DNA of 32,101 nucleotides from Myxococcota bacterium (GTDB lineage: Bacteria > Myxococcota_A > Bradymonadia > UBA7976 > UBA1532), in NCBI GenBank assembly GCA_036337435.1, contig JAYZEG010000090.1:1-32101 (forward strand). Reading direction: 5' to 3'. Position 1 is the stretch's first letter. Each line of letters starts with the position of its first letter. The position numbers were made by a program, and so were the translations under genes. Below are positions 1-8,781 of the stretch, piece by piece. The notes under the pieces were generated by a model. That model was not told where the DNA came from, did not search any database, and saw nothing but the letters and a program-made list of their open reading frames with translations.

Positions 1-303
1 AAGTGGCGCATCGCCATCAACTTTGATGACGGCATGATCCAATATCAATCTCCCAGAAATGGACAACGCGTCGGATTCTCCGTCGACTTAGCCAACGTTC
101 GCTCTGAGCGCCGATGGCGAGTCATCTTTGACAGCACCCTAAACCAGACCTTCGTCGTCGCTGGCGATAAGTATCTGGGCGCGGTCCCTTTTCCTGCCGA
201 GCGCGTCGACGACATGATGTGGACCAGCTACACCTCCGCCCAAGGTGGAGAGGCCCCCACATTGAGCCATTATACGGTGACCCGATTCGATACAGCTGAG
301 TAG
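1..303 (+). CDS. Partial CDS (3' end of a hypothetical protein)
   Basis: Frame is open from base 1 (KWRIAINFDDG-MIQYQ...) to TAG at 301-303; protein-like, beta-strand-rich composition; no family recognised. Confidence 0.7.
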   Translation, partial: KWRIAINFDDGMIQYQSPRNGQRVGFSVDLANVRSERRWRVIFDSTLNQTFVVAGDKYLGAVPFPAERVDDMMWTSYTSAQGGEAPTLSHYTVTRFDTAE

Positions 304-340
304 CCAGCTGCCGTGACATCGAATTCTTGCCCCGATTCGC

Positions 341-396
341 CGTCCGGCTCCTGTCCCTCCTACGGTCGAACAATCGTAGGAGGGGCAGTTTGGACG
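341..396. repeat. Long inverted repeat between convergent genes (REP-like element or bidirectional terminator)
   Basis: CTGTCCCTCCTACG (351-364) pairs with CGTAGGAGGGGCAG (375-388) with one G.U pair; outer CGTCC (341-345)/GGACG (392-396) extends the stem. Confidence 0.6.
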
Positions 397-489
397 CCCA
401 CCTTTGCTGGGGTGCTCCGCCGCCCTCTCTATTGCCCATCCCCCCCTTAAAGGCGGGCGAACACCCTCCTTGCAACTCTGACGACTTGT

Positions 490-2541
490 TCAGCGAGTCA
501 CCGAATAGGTCCAGCGATCAGTCAGCCCATTAAAGCCAATGTCATTGGACTGAGTCTGTGCCGAGAGGGTCACTGTTTGGCCAGGGGTCTGACCATTCAG
601 GCTTATTTCGACCACCTGCGGATTGTTGTAATTCTCGGCTGTGAATACCAGCTCCGATGGATCAATGCTCACGGCGGCACCGCCTCCCGTCGTGAGGGTC
701 ACGGTCACTGGATGGCGCGGCTCTTTTGCAAATGAGATGGACAGGGCCGCTGGATTATCAGCACCGATAGAAATGCTGTCTGCGGACTCGGGCAGCACTC
801 TGAAACACGGGGCTGTACCCCTCAGATGCATGAGTTGCCACGCGGTCTCATAGCCAACCTTGTGGGCTATCCAGGACCGCCACTCATTGGAGTCTTGGTC
901 GGCTGGTTCGTCGGGTAGGGCGCAGTGACCCGTGAGCATCGTGTACATAAATGCGCCCGTGGCCTTGTCTAGGTCATGGTTCATGTGCCAGCCATCAGCG
1001 TAGGCGGATAGGTTGGGGAGAAACTCTTTCATGCGGACAAAGAGCGTTCTGATAGGCACCGCTCTGGCATGGGGCAATTCGCCGTCGCGAGCCATTTTTC
1101 GAGCAACGCCCAAGTCGGTTCCGTTCTCGTCGTTACTTCGGCGCTTATCCAGTCCGTAGAGCATGGATGTATTGCCGTGATTGGAGTTGTCCTGCATGGG
1201 AAACCCGATGGAGTAGTTGAACTCGTCTGGTGCAACCCGATACCGCTTATGTGCTTCGAATTCCGTGTTGGCGCGTCCGTAATTGAAGTCGATGGGGGCA
1301 TCCCCTCCATTGTCTAAACGGACATTGGCTTGACCGAGCACCCAGCGTAAACCCCGGAGAATGCCTCGCTCGGAGCTTGTGCCGGTGTGATTAAAGTTCA
1401 GCACTCTGTCCGAGATCCCGCCAGCGTGAAAGGCTGAGACGAAGGCTCTTGATGTCCAGTCCGTTTGCCTTTGGCTCTCCTCCGTATAGGCGGTCATGGC
1501 AGCATCAGCCAGGGCATCGTCCATCGTGTACTCCGAGCTGGATGCGCTCCGTCCAAGAAGTTGGCTATAGATGGCGGCTGCGGCTAAGTAGGCCCCCTTG
1601 GGTGTCGGATGCATGGCGGCCACATCCTGTTGTTCAGCTCTTAGAGCCGACCAGGCAATGCCCGCTGGAATCAAGGGTAGGTCGACTGTTGAAAAGTGAC
1701 TGATTCGCCGCGTGAATTGAGCAAATTGGGCGATTGAATCGGAGGTATTATCACGAGGCCATGGCATGAGTAGATGTGGCTGTGCGCCGCCGTTTGTGAC
1801 GGCCTGAGCGATTTGATTGACCCCCAGGGCATGGTAGCCCGGCAGGGTTGAGACGATGTGGGGATCGCCAGCGATGACAACGTGGTCCCAATCGTGCTCG
1901 CCATCACCCAATAGATTCGCGAATCGTGCCTCGCGCTGGTCTGGCCAGACAAAGTATTGAGCGAGGGAATGACAGTGATAGGGCCAGTCATAATTATCGC
2001 CCCGCTGGCCATAACCGGTTGTGATGACTTGGGTTCTGTAGATGTCTTCAGCGATGACGTTGATGGTGTAGTCCAATGCATTGTCACCGCTGAGAATGGC
2101 CTGGAGATCTCGGGCGATTTGGTCTGGCGAGAAAGCCTCACCTCGGTCTTCGATGGACCGATTGGTGCCGATGATCAAGATGTTGAGTTGGCCGTCTTCG
2201 TTTAGGTCTGGGTCGGCGAGGGGCAGTGCTGCATCGACGCCTTCATCCGCTTCTGGGTCAGTGCCGGCGTCTCTTGTCGGCGTAGTTTGCCCATCGGTGC
2301 CTTGGATTGTGGCATCCAATGGGATCTCGCTCCCATCCGGCAATGACTCTGCATCGGTGCTGGCTGCCTGCGCGCCATCGGTGGCCGGTGTTTGTCCCTG
2401 TGCGTCGCTCTGTCCACTGCCGCCAGCGTCCGTGAGGGGCTGCTGACCCGACCCGTCGTCGCATCCAATGCACAGACATGAAATTAAACAGAGGGTCCAG
2501 AGTGGTTGGCACCGTAAAGGCAGAAAGCAAAGCATGTTCAT
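490..2541 (-). CDS. Lipoprotein with SGNH/GDSL-like domain(s) and a C-terminal Ig/Calx-like beta-sandwich
   Basis: Start moved from 2841 to ATG 2541 (or 2535) after a GGAG RBS, which removes the overlap with the next gene. Lipobox CLCIG-C; D/A/G/T-rich linker; LNILIIG, WDHVVIAG, HPTPKGAYLAAAAIY and DGWH motifs; C-terminal PSELVFTAENYNNPQVVEIS. Confidence 0.75.
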   Translation of the reverse strand: MNMLCFLPLRCQPLWTLCLISCLCIGCDDGSGQQPLTDAGGSGQSDAQGQTPATDGAQAASTDAESLPDGSEIPLDATIQGTDGQTTPTRDAGTDPEADEGVDAALPLADPDLNEDGQLNILIIGTNRSIEDRGEAFSPDQIARDLQAILSGDNALDYTINVIAEDIYRTQVITTGYGQRGDNYDWPYHCHSLAQYFVWPDQREARFANLLGDGEHDWDHVVIAGDPHIVSTLPGYHALGVNQIAQAVTNGGAQPHLLMPWPRDNTSDSIAQFAQFTRRISHFSTVDLPLIPAGIAWSALRAEQQDVAAMHPTPKGAYLAAAAIYSQLLGRSASSSEYTMDDALADAAMTAYTEESQRQTDWTSRAFVSAFHAGGISDRVLNFNHTGTSSERGILRGLRWVLGQANVRLDNGGDAPIDFNYGRANTEFEAHKRYRVAPDEFNYSIGFPMQDNSNHGNTSMLYGLDKRRSNDENGTDLGVARKMARDGELPHARAVPIRTLFVRMKEFLPNLSAYADGWHMNHDLDKATGAFMYTMLTGHCALPDEPADQDSNEWRSWIAHKVGYETAWQLMHLRGTAPCFRVLPESADSISIGADNPAALSISFAKEPRHPVTVTLTTGGGAAVSIDPSELVFTAENYNNPQVVEISLNGQTPGQTVTLSAQTQSNDIGFNGLTDRWTYSVTR

Positions 2542-2650
2542 GGTCTCCGAGTGAGTCGTTCCACATGGAATCGACGCCAACCATAGCAGATTTGAAACAG
2601 GACCGCTGATGGTCTGGTGTGGTTCGAAACGGCCGATGGTGCTGGCTGGT

Positions 2651-3349
2651 TTAAGCTGATCGTTTGGCTGCACCGATATACATGACTGACTGAAATGGCA
2701 GCAGCCCGAAGGTGATATCAAATCGGCGATTGATGCCCTTGGGTCCGAGTCCTTTGAAGGGCTGCAGATGGAATCCCAGTTGGCTGAGTTCCTTGTGAAT
2801 CTCCTTGGGCTTGATGAAGAGTTTGCCGTCATGGGTGCCAATCGGCAGGATTCTCAACAGGTATTCGCCGAGGCCGATGGCGACAAAGCGCGCAAATAAT
2901 GACCGGTTGATGGTATCGAAAAGAAACACACCACCCGGCTTCAACACCCGGTGGACCTCGGCCAACACGTCTGGCCATTTGGGAATGTGTTCCAGCACAT
3001 CAACGCAGACGACGACATCGAGGCTGGCCGACTCGACGGGGATGGCTTCGCCGATGCCAACCCGATAATCGATATCCATATTCATTTGGGCTGATCTTGC
3101 CTTGGCCACACCAATGGCCGAGTGAGCCGGATCGAGGCCAATGACATGTGCACCTCGCTCGCAGAGAGCCTCGGCCATGTAGCCACCACCGCAACCGAGA
3201 TCCAAGACTGAGAGCGATTGCCAATCATCGACGATCGAATCGAAATAACGAAAGCGGGCTGGGACGAGATTCTGGAGAGTCCTAAGAAACCGGTAACGAC
3301 CAGACCACCAGTCCGCGGCGTAGCGGTCGTATATGGTCAGGTCATTCAT
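2651..3349 (-). CDS. ubiG: UbiG-like class I SAM-dependent O-methyltransferase
   Basis: N-terminal WW motif, VLDLGCGGG SAM-binding motif, DVVVCVDVLEH, LKPGG..FDTINR, LPIGTHD..LFIKP; GGAG RBS. Confidence 0.85.
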   Translation of the reverse strand: MNDLTIYDRYAADWWSGRYRFLRTLQNLVPARFRYFDSIVDDWQSLSVLDLGCGGGYMAEALCERGAHVIGLDPAHSAIGVAKARSAQMNMDIDYRVGIGEAIPVESASLDVVVCVDVLEHIPKWPDVLAEVHRVLKPGGVFLFDTINRSLFARFVAIGLGEYLLRILPIGTHDGKLFIKPKEIHKELSQLGFHLQPFKGLGPKGINRRFDITFGLLPFQSVMYIGAAKRSA

Positions 3350-3597
3350 GCTTGCTCTCCAAAAATGAGTTGGCTTGTTGCACCAAACGACAAGCGGCGC
3401 AAGATAGGCTCGCGACTATGATTTGGCAAGTGCTCAAATGGTTTCAAGGTCATGTTTTGTCTGTGAGACAAAGAGTCAGGCTGACCTACGTTTTTACACA
3501 TAGGCGAGTGTCTAAAGACTTTGTTCCGCATCGGGGTGAATCTTAAACCCCGGCTGCCAAGGATTTTTTGATCTTTGAAATCGCTCCCCCAGGTTGA

Positions 3598-4005
3598 CTG
3601 GAAAACCAAGGACACGTTGGCAACCAGGGACCGATTGGTGGGCAAGGACCGTTCGGCGGTCAAGGCATCGAGGGACGTCAGGGCGTTCAGGGGCCAGTTG
3701 GATACCCGGGGGGATGTGGAGCCCACACATGGACCATATTGACCGATGTTTCTCGGACATTGGTTCTCAAAGCCCAAACGGTCGATGTCTATAGCACGCT
3801 CAAAGTGACCGGTGGTATTGAGTTGGGAACCACCGTGACCTGTCATTTGGCTGCTGCTGGGCCCATGAGATACACCACGGTGAGTTGTACTTGCGGTCAG
3901 AAACGTGTCGCTGCGCAAATGTGTATGGAGTCTGGTGCGAGTGCATTTACTTGGACTGAGTTTGCATCGCGATCATTCGCCGGTGCCAGGTGTCGCGGCT
4001 GTTAG
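3598..4005 (+). pseudogene. Collagen-like (Gly-X-Y)13 reading frame lacking a good start; probable gene remnant
   Basis: In frame with ORF 3739..4005. Bases 3610-3726 read GHV GNQ GPI GGQ GPF GGQ GIE GRQ GVQ GPV GYP GGC GAH; in-frame TGA at 3595-3597 immediately upstream. Confidence 0.5.
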
Positions 4006-4174
4006 ACGACTGGGTCGTTGCACTGTTGCGGCCACCTATTTTAGGATTTTTTCGAATCTTTAGAATTTAATGTGAATTCGCGTCGTAACCAGTCAGGCGT
4101 GATGGTCCGCTTCGGTACGAAATAGATTCGGCTACGGCTACCATCGCCTCACCAAATAAGCTTGAGAGACTTTG

Positions 4175-4825
4175 ATGTATAGACAGACCATACTCGTTAT
4201 TGCCGCTGGCCTGCTGACATTGCTCACCGGTTCTTCGCTGGCTCAAAATCTCCATTTCAAGTCGTTTTCAGCAGCGACCATGCCCGCTGTGATAAAGACT
4301 CAGATCAAAGGTCAGCTCAACGCTGGTTTGAGATGGTCTGATCGTCTGGGCGAAAATTACGCTGTTTTCTCCACAGTGTCTGCCAGACGCCATGATGGGT
4401 TCAGCGACAATTCTGTTTTCCTCCAAGCGAAGCATTTCACCGTCGTTAAAGGAAAGGCAAAATTAGTTCGATTCATACGGGAACTGAAAGCCTGTCCCGA
4501 CTTCGATAATGTGACACGATTTGTGAACTCATCTATCGGAGTCACCGACTTAGACGGTGACGGGTATGGCGAATTATCCTTTGTCTATTTTACAGACTGT
4601 GTGAGCGATATGAGTCCGTATGCAGCGAAGTTGATGCTGCTGGAAAATGGTAAGAAGTATCCTATTCGCGGTTTCGTAAAGTATGTATTCGGCGGGGATA
4701 CAGCCCCGAGTGAATACAAATTAGGCCGTGAATTCAACAATGCACCGGCGGCCTTCAAGGCCTTTGCTCTCAAGCTGTGGGCGCGCAGGGCTGTTGTGGA
4801 TGTAAATGCGGCTCTCCCACGCTAA
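4175..4825 (+). CDS. Secreted protein resembling the M949_RS01915-like family
   Basis: Signal peptide ending SLA-Q; WSDRLGEN, C-P-D-F-D, TDLDGDG..E, CVSDMSP and KLMLLENGKKYPIRG motifs recalled for that family. Confidence 0.65.
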   Translation: MYRQTILVIAAGLLTLLTGSSLAQNLHFKSFSAATMPAVIKTQIKGQLNAGLRWSDRLGENYAVFSTVSARRHDGFSDNSVFLQAKHFTVVKGKAKLVRFIRELKACPDFDNVTRFVNSSIGVTDLDGDGYGELSFVYFTDCVSDMSPYAAKLMLLENGKKYPIRGFVKYVFGGDTAPSEYKLGREFNNAPAAFKAFALKLWARRAVVDVNAALPR

Positions 4826-4983
4826 GTCGCGACGCCACTTTCATTCCAGAGTCCTCGATGAGTTCCGAGACCGCCATCCTCCGGTCCGTTGACCCAGGTG
4901 TGGTCTCGAAAGCCTATTGCCCTGCGAAATCCTGACTCTGTCCGTGGTATCATCGGGGCTGATTTTTCTCGTGCGAGTGTTTA

Positions 4984-5967
4984 ATGGACCAAGAGATCAC
5001 ACCGTGGCGCGGAGACATCGAATCGGCCAATCGCGTTTTTGACCTCGTTGAAGAGGCTTTGCCCGTCACTCAAAAAGCCGATCGAAGCCGGGCCGATGAA
5101 ATCCTTAAATTACGGCAAAAAAACTTTCATGAAGGCACGTTTTTGGTCTGGATCGACAGCCAGGTACAGGGGTTTGTGATGCTGAGCAAAACCGGGTCAC
5201 CAGACGTGATTGATGTGACAGGCATCGTCCGGGCAAATTACCATCGACGTGGTATTGGAACGGCGTTATTGGCCAAGGCAATCGCTGTGCTTAAAGACAG
5301 GTCAATCTCTGGCAAACTGAGGAGCGTCGCCTTTGATTCAAATCCAAGTGGCCATCATTTTTTAGAACACCACGGATTTAAAGCCGTCGATAAGCAGGTG
5401 TGGAGTGAACTGTCGACTCAATCGACCTATCCCTCCTGGGCAGGGCACAAGCTCCGTAAAATTGAATCTGGGTCGATTCAATTCTTAGGGGGCCATCAGC
5501 TGCGGACGATTCGTGATGATTGGCTGCATGCCTGGTGGCGGTTGGTGACGTCTACGGCTGCAGATATCCCGAGCCGGGTGACCGGCCCAAATGTTTCTTT
5601 CGACGATTGGAAAAAGTGGATGGAATCACCCAGTGTCGACCAATCCCATACAGTATTCGCTCTTGATGGAGCAGAGCCAATTGCGGTGTTGAGTCTTGGC
5701 CGATTGACCGATGGAAAAGTGAATATTCACTACACGGGTGTCCACACGTCTTATAGACGGCGCGGCCTATCGACGGCGTTGAAGTTCAAGGCACTCAGAC
5801 TGGCTCGCAAGCTGGGTGCGCACACGTTGGTGACTCAGAATCATCAAGACAATCCGATGTTGGATTTGAACAGGCGTTTAGGTTTTACCGAAGTCAACTC
5901 GATGACCGAGTACGTTCGTCAATTGGACGCGAATAACCAAGAGCCGATGCGCTTTGGTGGCGTCTAA
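4984..5967 (+). CDS. Tandem (two-domain) GNAT family N-acetyltransferase
   Basis: Two acetyl-CoA binding motifs (HRRGIGTALL and YRRRGLSTALK), plus FLEHHGF and NPMLDLNRRLGF. Confidence 0.88.
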   Translation: MDQEITPWRGDIESANRVFDLVEEALPVTQKADRSRADEILKLRQKNFHEGTFLVWIDSQVQGFVMLSKTGSPDVIDVTGIVRANYHRRGIGTALLAKAIAVLKDRSISGKLRSVAFDSNPSGHHFLEHHGFKAVDKQVWSELSTQSTYPSWAGHKLRKIESGSIQFLGGHQLRTIRDDWLHAWWRLVTSTAADIPSRVTGPNVSFDDWKKWMESPSVDQSHTVFALDGAEPIAVLSLGRLTDGKVNIHYTGVHTSYRRRGLSTALKFKALRLARKLGAHTLVTQNHQDNPMLDLNRRLGFTEVNSMTEYVRQLDANNQEPMRFGGV

Positions 5968-5977
5968 CTTTACGTCT

Positions 5978-7780
5978 TTAATCGTTCGTGTCCTCAGCAA
6001 TTATCATCAATCGTCTGAATGCTTCAGCCGGTGCCAAGGCCTTGCAATAGACGACATCTCGATCCTCTGCTGGAAAGCGTTCGGATTCAGGGATATCCCC
6101 TTGGCTATCCACTTTGAGAGAGGCGGAGCGAATTTGAATCATTGATTGCCCATCGGTCGAGTGTTCCTCGACTAAGAGATCCCCATCGCTCAGCCATTCT
6201 GGGCCGGTTTCGAATTCTTTATCAGCGAGATAGTCGATGTTGAACGCCATCGTGTCCAAACGAGCTCTCAATTGGTTTGGTAGCTGAGCTTTGGCCCAGT
6301 CGACGGCGGCTTTATTTACGTCCCGACAACTGGTTTCAGAATGAGTGCTTGTCATATCGAGTTCTGCGAGTACAAACTCTCGGCTCTTCAGTTTACACCA
6401 GACTTCCCGGGGAAGAATGGGTGGGGCATCGAGCCGGTTTGGATTGCCGTGTTCGCGAACGTAGGCACTCAGGACGAATGGTGACATCTCATTCTCTGTT
6501 GAACCCGGTTTACTCTCAGCGAATTGTTCAACTTGAGAATATGAATTGACACTGAAGTGTTGGCTTGTGCCATCTGGGTCTATCCCCGCGATGATGCTCT
6601 GTGCTTGATGACACCAAGCTGTACTCGGAGCGAGCTCAAAAATGGGGTTTTTTGGCATTGAATTGTTGGCCTGTATGGCCCCAATGAAGTGAAGTGATGC
6701 GCCGACAATTTGTTGATGTTGAACACGGGCTGGAATGTCTGCGTCGAGGTCGCCGTCTTGCGGTCCATACAAACCGAATTGGGCGTGATTACCACCTTTA
6801 ATCTCTACGTACTGTGTGTCAGCTGGCAGAAGGGGCTTGCTCAATTCCACTTCTTCTATGGTGGCGACACCGTCCATATTGCCAAAGATGGACATCACGT
6901 GTTCATCAGTCTCACTGAGGTCATCTTCAGCACCCGGGTAAGCGGCCCAGAGAATCAGCCCTTTCATGACGCCGGGATACATCTTTGCAAAGTGTGCGGT
7001 CATCGCACCACCCATGGAATGTCCTGCCAGATACCAGGATTGTACCTCGGGATGGGCTTCAATGATTGAATTGGCTCGGTCCCACCCATTGAGAGCAAAC
7101 ATGTCCGGCATCGGTACGATGATGGCGATAATGCCTTGTTCTGCGACAGCGCGACCGATGGGCGCGTAGGCTCTTGGGTCAACCTGGGCTCCAGGATAGA
7201 TGATCAAACCAACGGTTGGGTTCGAATCCACGGGTGTGAATTCGATGCCCCCTCGGTCTTCGATGAGCTCATCGAGACATGAAATCTCATTACAGCTCGG
7301 CGTGATACGTACGCTCGGCGTCGATTCAAGGAACTCAAGGGCCTCGTCCATGAGCATGTTTGTCGTCATTGGAGTCGTGTCGCCACCACCAAAATCTTCC
7401 CAGGATCCGTCGAGGAAATCCCCGCACAGCCGTCCGGTGATCTCCGGGTCTCCGCCATAGAACCAAATTTTGTAGAACAAGCCGGCTTCAGTCGGATTTG
7501 TTGCGCAAACTCCGATTGCGTCCGCTTCAAGACATGGATCGGAGCTCATGGTGCCAGAAACGCCTGTGAAGACCGCACCACATGCATCGTTTACTTGCTC
7601 GTTGGTCCAGCCACCGAAGTATTGCCGACATTCATTGACGCGAGAAAAGGGATTTACATAGCGACAGGTCATTGCTGTCGAATCTTCAGGTCCCATGGAG
7701 TCTGTTCTGTCAGAGTTCTTGCAACCATGTACTGAGACCACAAGCAAAGCTATGGCATAGACAATAAACGAACGAGTCAT
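5978..7780 (-). CDS. Lipoprotein with central alpha/beta hydrolase (Abhydrolase_5-like) domain and Cys-rich flanking domains
   Basis: Lipobox SVHG-C; IIYPGAQV, GHSMGG nucleophile elbow, GNMDGV Asp and GGNHAQFG His; GAGGG RBS (start ATG 7780 or GTG 7783). Confidence 0.85.
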   Translation of the reverse strand: MTRSFIVYAIALLVVSVHGCKNSDRTDSMGPEDSTAMTCRYVNPFSRVNECRQYFGGWTNEQVNDACGAVFTGVSGTMSSDPCLEADAIGVCATNPTEAGLFYKIWFYGGDPEITGRLCGDFLDGSWEDFGGGDTTPMTTNMLMDEALEFLESTPSVRITPSCNEISCLDELIEDRGGIEFTPVDSNPTVGLIIYPGAQVDPRAYAPIGRAVAEQGIIAIIVPMPDMFALNGWDRANSIIEAHPEVQSWYLAGHSMGGAMTAHFAKMYPGVMKGLILWAAYPGAEDDLSETDEHVMSIFGNMDGVATIEEVELSKPLLPADTQYVEIKGGNHAQFGLYGPQDGDLDADIPARVQHQQIVGASLHFIGAIQANNSMPKNPIFELAPSTAWCHQAQSIIAGIDPDGTSQHFSVNSYSQVEQFAESKPGSTENEMSPFVLSAYVREHGNPNRLDAPPILPREVWCKLKSREFVLAELDMTSTHSETSCRDVNKAAVDWAKAQLPNQLRARLDTMAFNIDYLADKEFETGPEWLSDGDLLVEEHSTDGQSMIQIRSASLKVDSQGDIPESERFPAEDRDVVYCKALAPAEAFRRLMIIAEDTND

Positions 7781-7802
7781 CACTAAGCCCTCGGGGATGA
7801 GT

Positions 7803-7828
7803 CTTAAACTACCTTTTGGTAGTTTAAG
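7803..7828. promoter_or_regulatory. Perfect 11-bp inverted repeat (candidate operator or leader hairpin)
   Basis: CTTAAACTACC-TTTT-GGTAGTTTAAG, about 20 bp upstream of the hydrolase start. Confidence 0.45.
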
Positions 7829-8262
7829 GGTGGCTTTGTGTCAATATTTATCTCGGCTGAGCCGTAATTAGGACGGTCTCAGACAGTGGAAATTGTATAT
7901 TTCGTCCCGCGTCGCTCTCGGTGTTAATGGACTTTGTTTGTGGCGACATTGGCGGTGACAACGACGAACAAACCGACAAACGGTCGTTAAATCCATGTGG
8001 ACTCTTCGATGACAGCTCTTGTGGAGACGCGAATGCAAAACCAATGCGCCATCCGTTTGCCTGCTCTATTTTCGCAATCAAGTGGTTTGCGAGTCAGGTC
8101 AATGCTTGCACCAACTCTTGGTGATTGAAGGATGCTGCTGCTTTAAAGACTCAGTGCCTTTATTTGTTACCAACGAAAAATAAACTGTAAATTTCGGTTT
8201 CGTTGAAACCCGTTCCGGTCTAAACAATCAGCGTATCAACATGATCTTAGGGAGCACAACAA

Positions 8263-8676
8263 ATGGAACAGCAAACCGAATTCAAAGCCTTTGGCCTCAC
8301 GATGACCGCCCTGACCATCGGGTATGGGTTACTCCTCGTTCTCTGGGGTGCTGGGTTCTCGATTGGCAGTAAGAGCTTTACGTCGTGGATTCCGTCGATG
8401 ATTGGCCTCCCCATCCTCCTCTCAGGGCTCCTGGCGAAAGCGAAACCGGAGAAAAGAAAGCTCTGGATCCACGTTGCAGTCGTTTTTGGCCTGCTTGCTT
8501 TTCTGGGAGGCTTCAGAGTGTTCAAGGGGCTGAGCAGCGATGCAGGTATGTTCGCGAAACCTAAAGCTGCGTCGTCTCAATTGATGCTTCTTGTCACCGG
8601 AGGGATCTACACCCTGACCTGCGTTCGCTCCTTTATCTGGGCGCGGAAAAACAGAGAGGCAATGGAGGCCAGCTAA
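8263..8676 (+). CDS. Small 4-TM membrane protein (TMEM14-like hypothetical)
   Basis: GGGAG RBS; four hydrophobic segments; S-F-T-S-W-I-P..G motif and RKLWIHVAV. Confidence 0.8.
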   Translation: MEQQTEFKAFGLTMTALTIGYGLLLVLWGAGFSIGSKSFTSWIPSMIGLPILLSGLLAKAKPEKRKLWIHVAVVFGLLAFLGGFRVFKGLSSDAGMFAKPKAASSQLMLLVTGGIYTLTCVRSFIWARKNREAMEAS

Positions 8677-8781
8677 AGGACTTCGGGCACTCTCTCTAAC
8701 AACGCTTGTCCCGATATTTGTGAGATGTTGTTGGCGAAAACGATGGTCGTCTTTGTGTTCTAGGCGTTTCAGGGTCTGAAT

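Noticed and set aside
2542..2841. N-terminal 100-aa extension of the 783-aa ORF
   Set aside because: Overlaps the ubiG-like gene on the same strand; the RBS and lipoprotein signal point to a start at 2541/2535.
3595..3597. Selenocysteine or read-through TGA in the collagen-like frame
   Set aside because: No redox motif context or recognisable SECIS hairpin; other genes here use TGA as a normal stop.
3346..3918. 190-aa minus-strand ORF upstream of ubiG
   Set aside because: Ser/Arg-rich, no motif and no RBS; antisense to the collagen-like frame.
4853..4912. Hammerhead ribozyme (…CGATGAG…GAGACC…GGTCTC-GAAA)
   Set aside because: The core reads CTCGATGA rather than CTGANGA and is offset from the stem; stems I and III were not found. 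It is only a hairpin.
7848..8124. Short ORFs (67-77 aa) in the divergent spacer
   Set aside because: No RBS or family motif; cannot be distinguished from chance ORFs.
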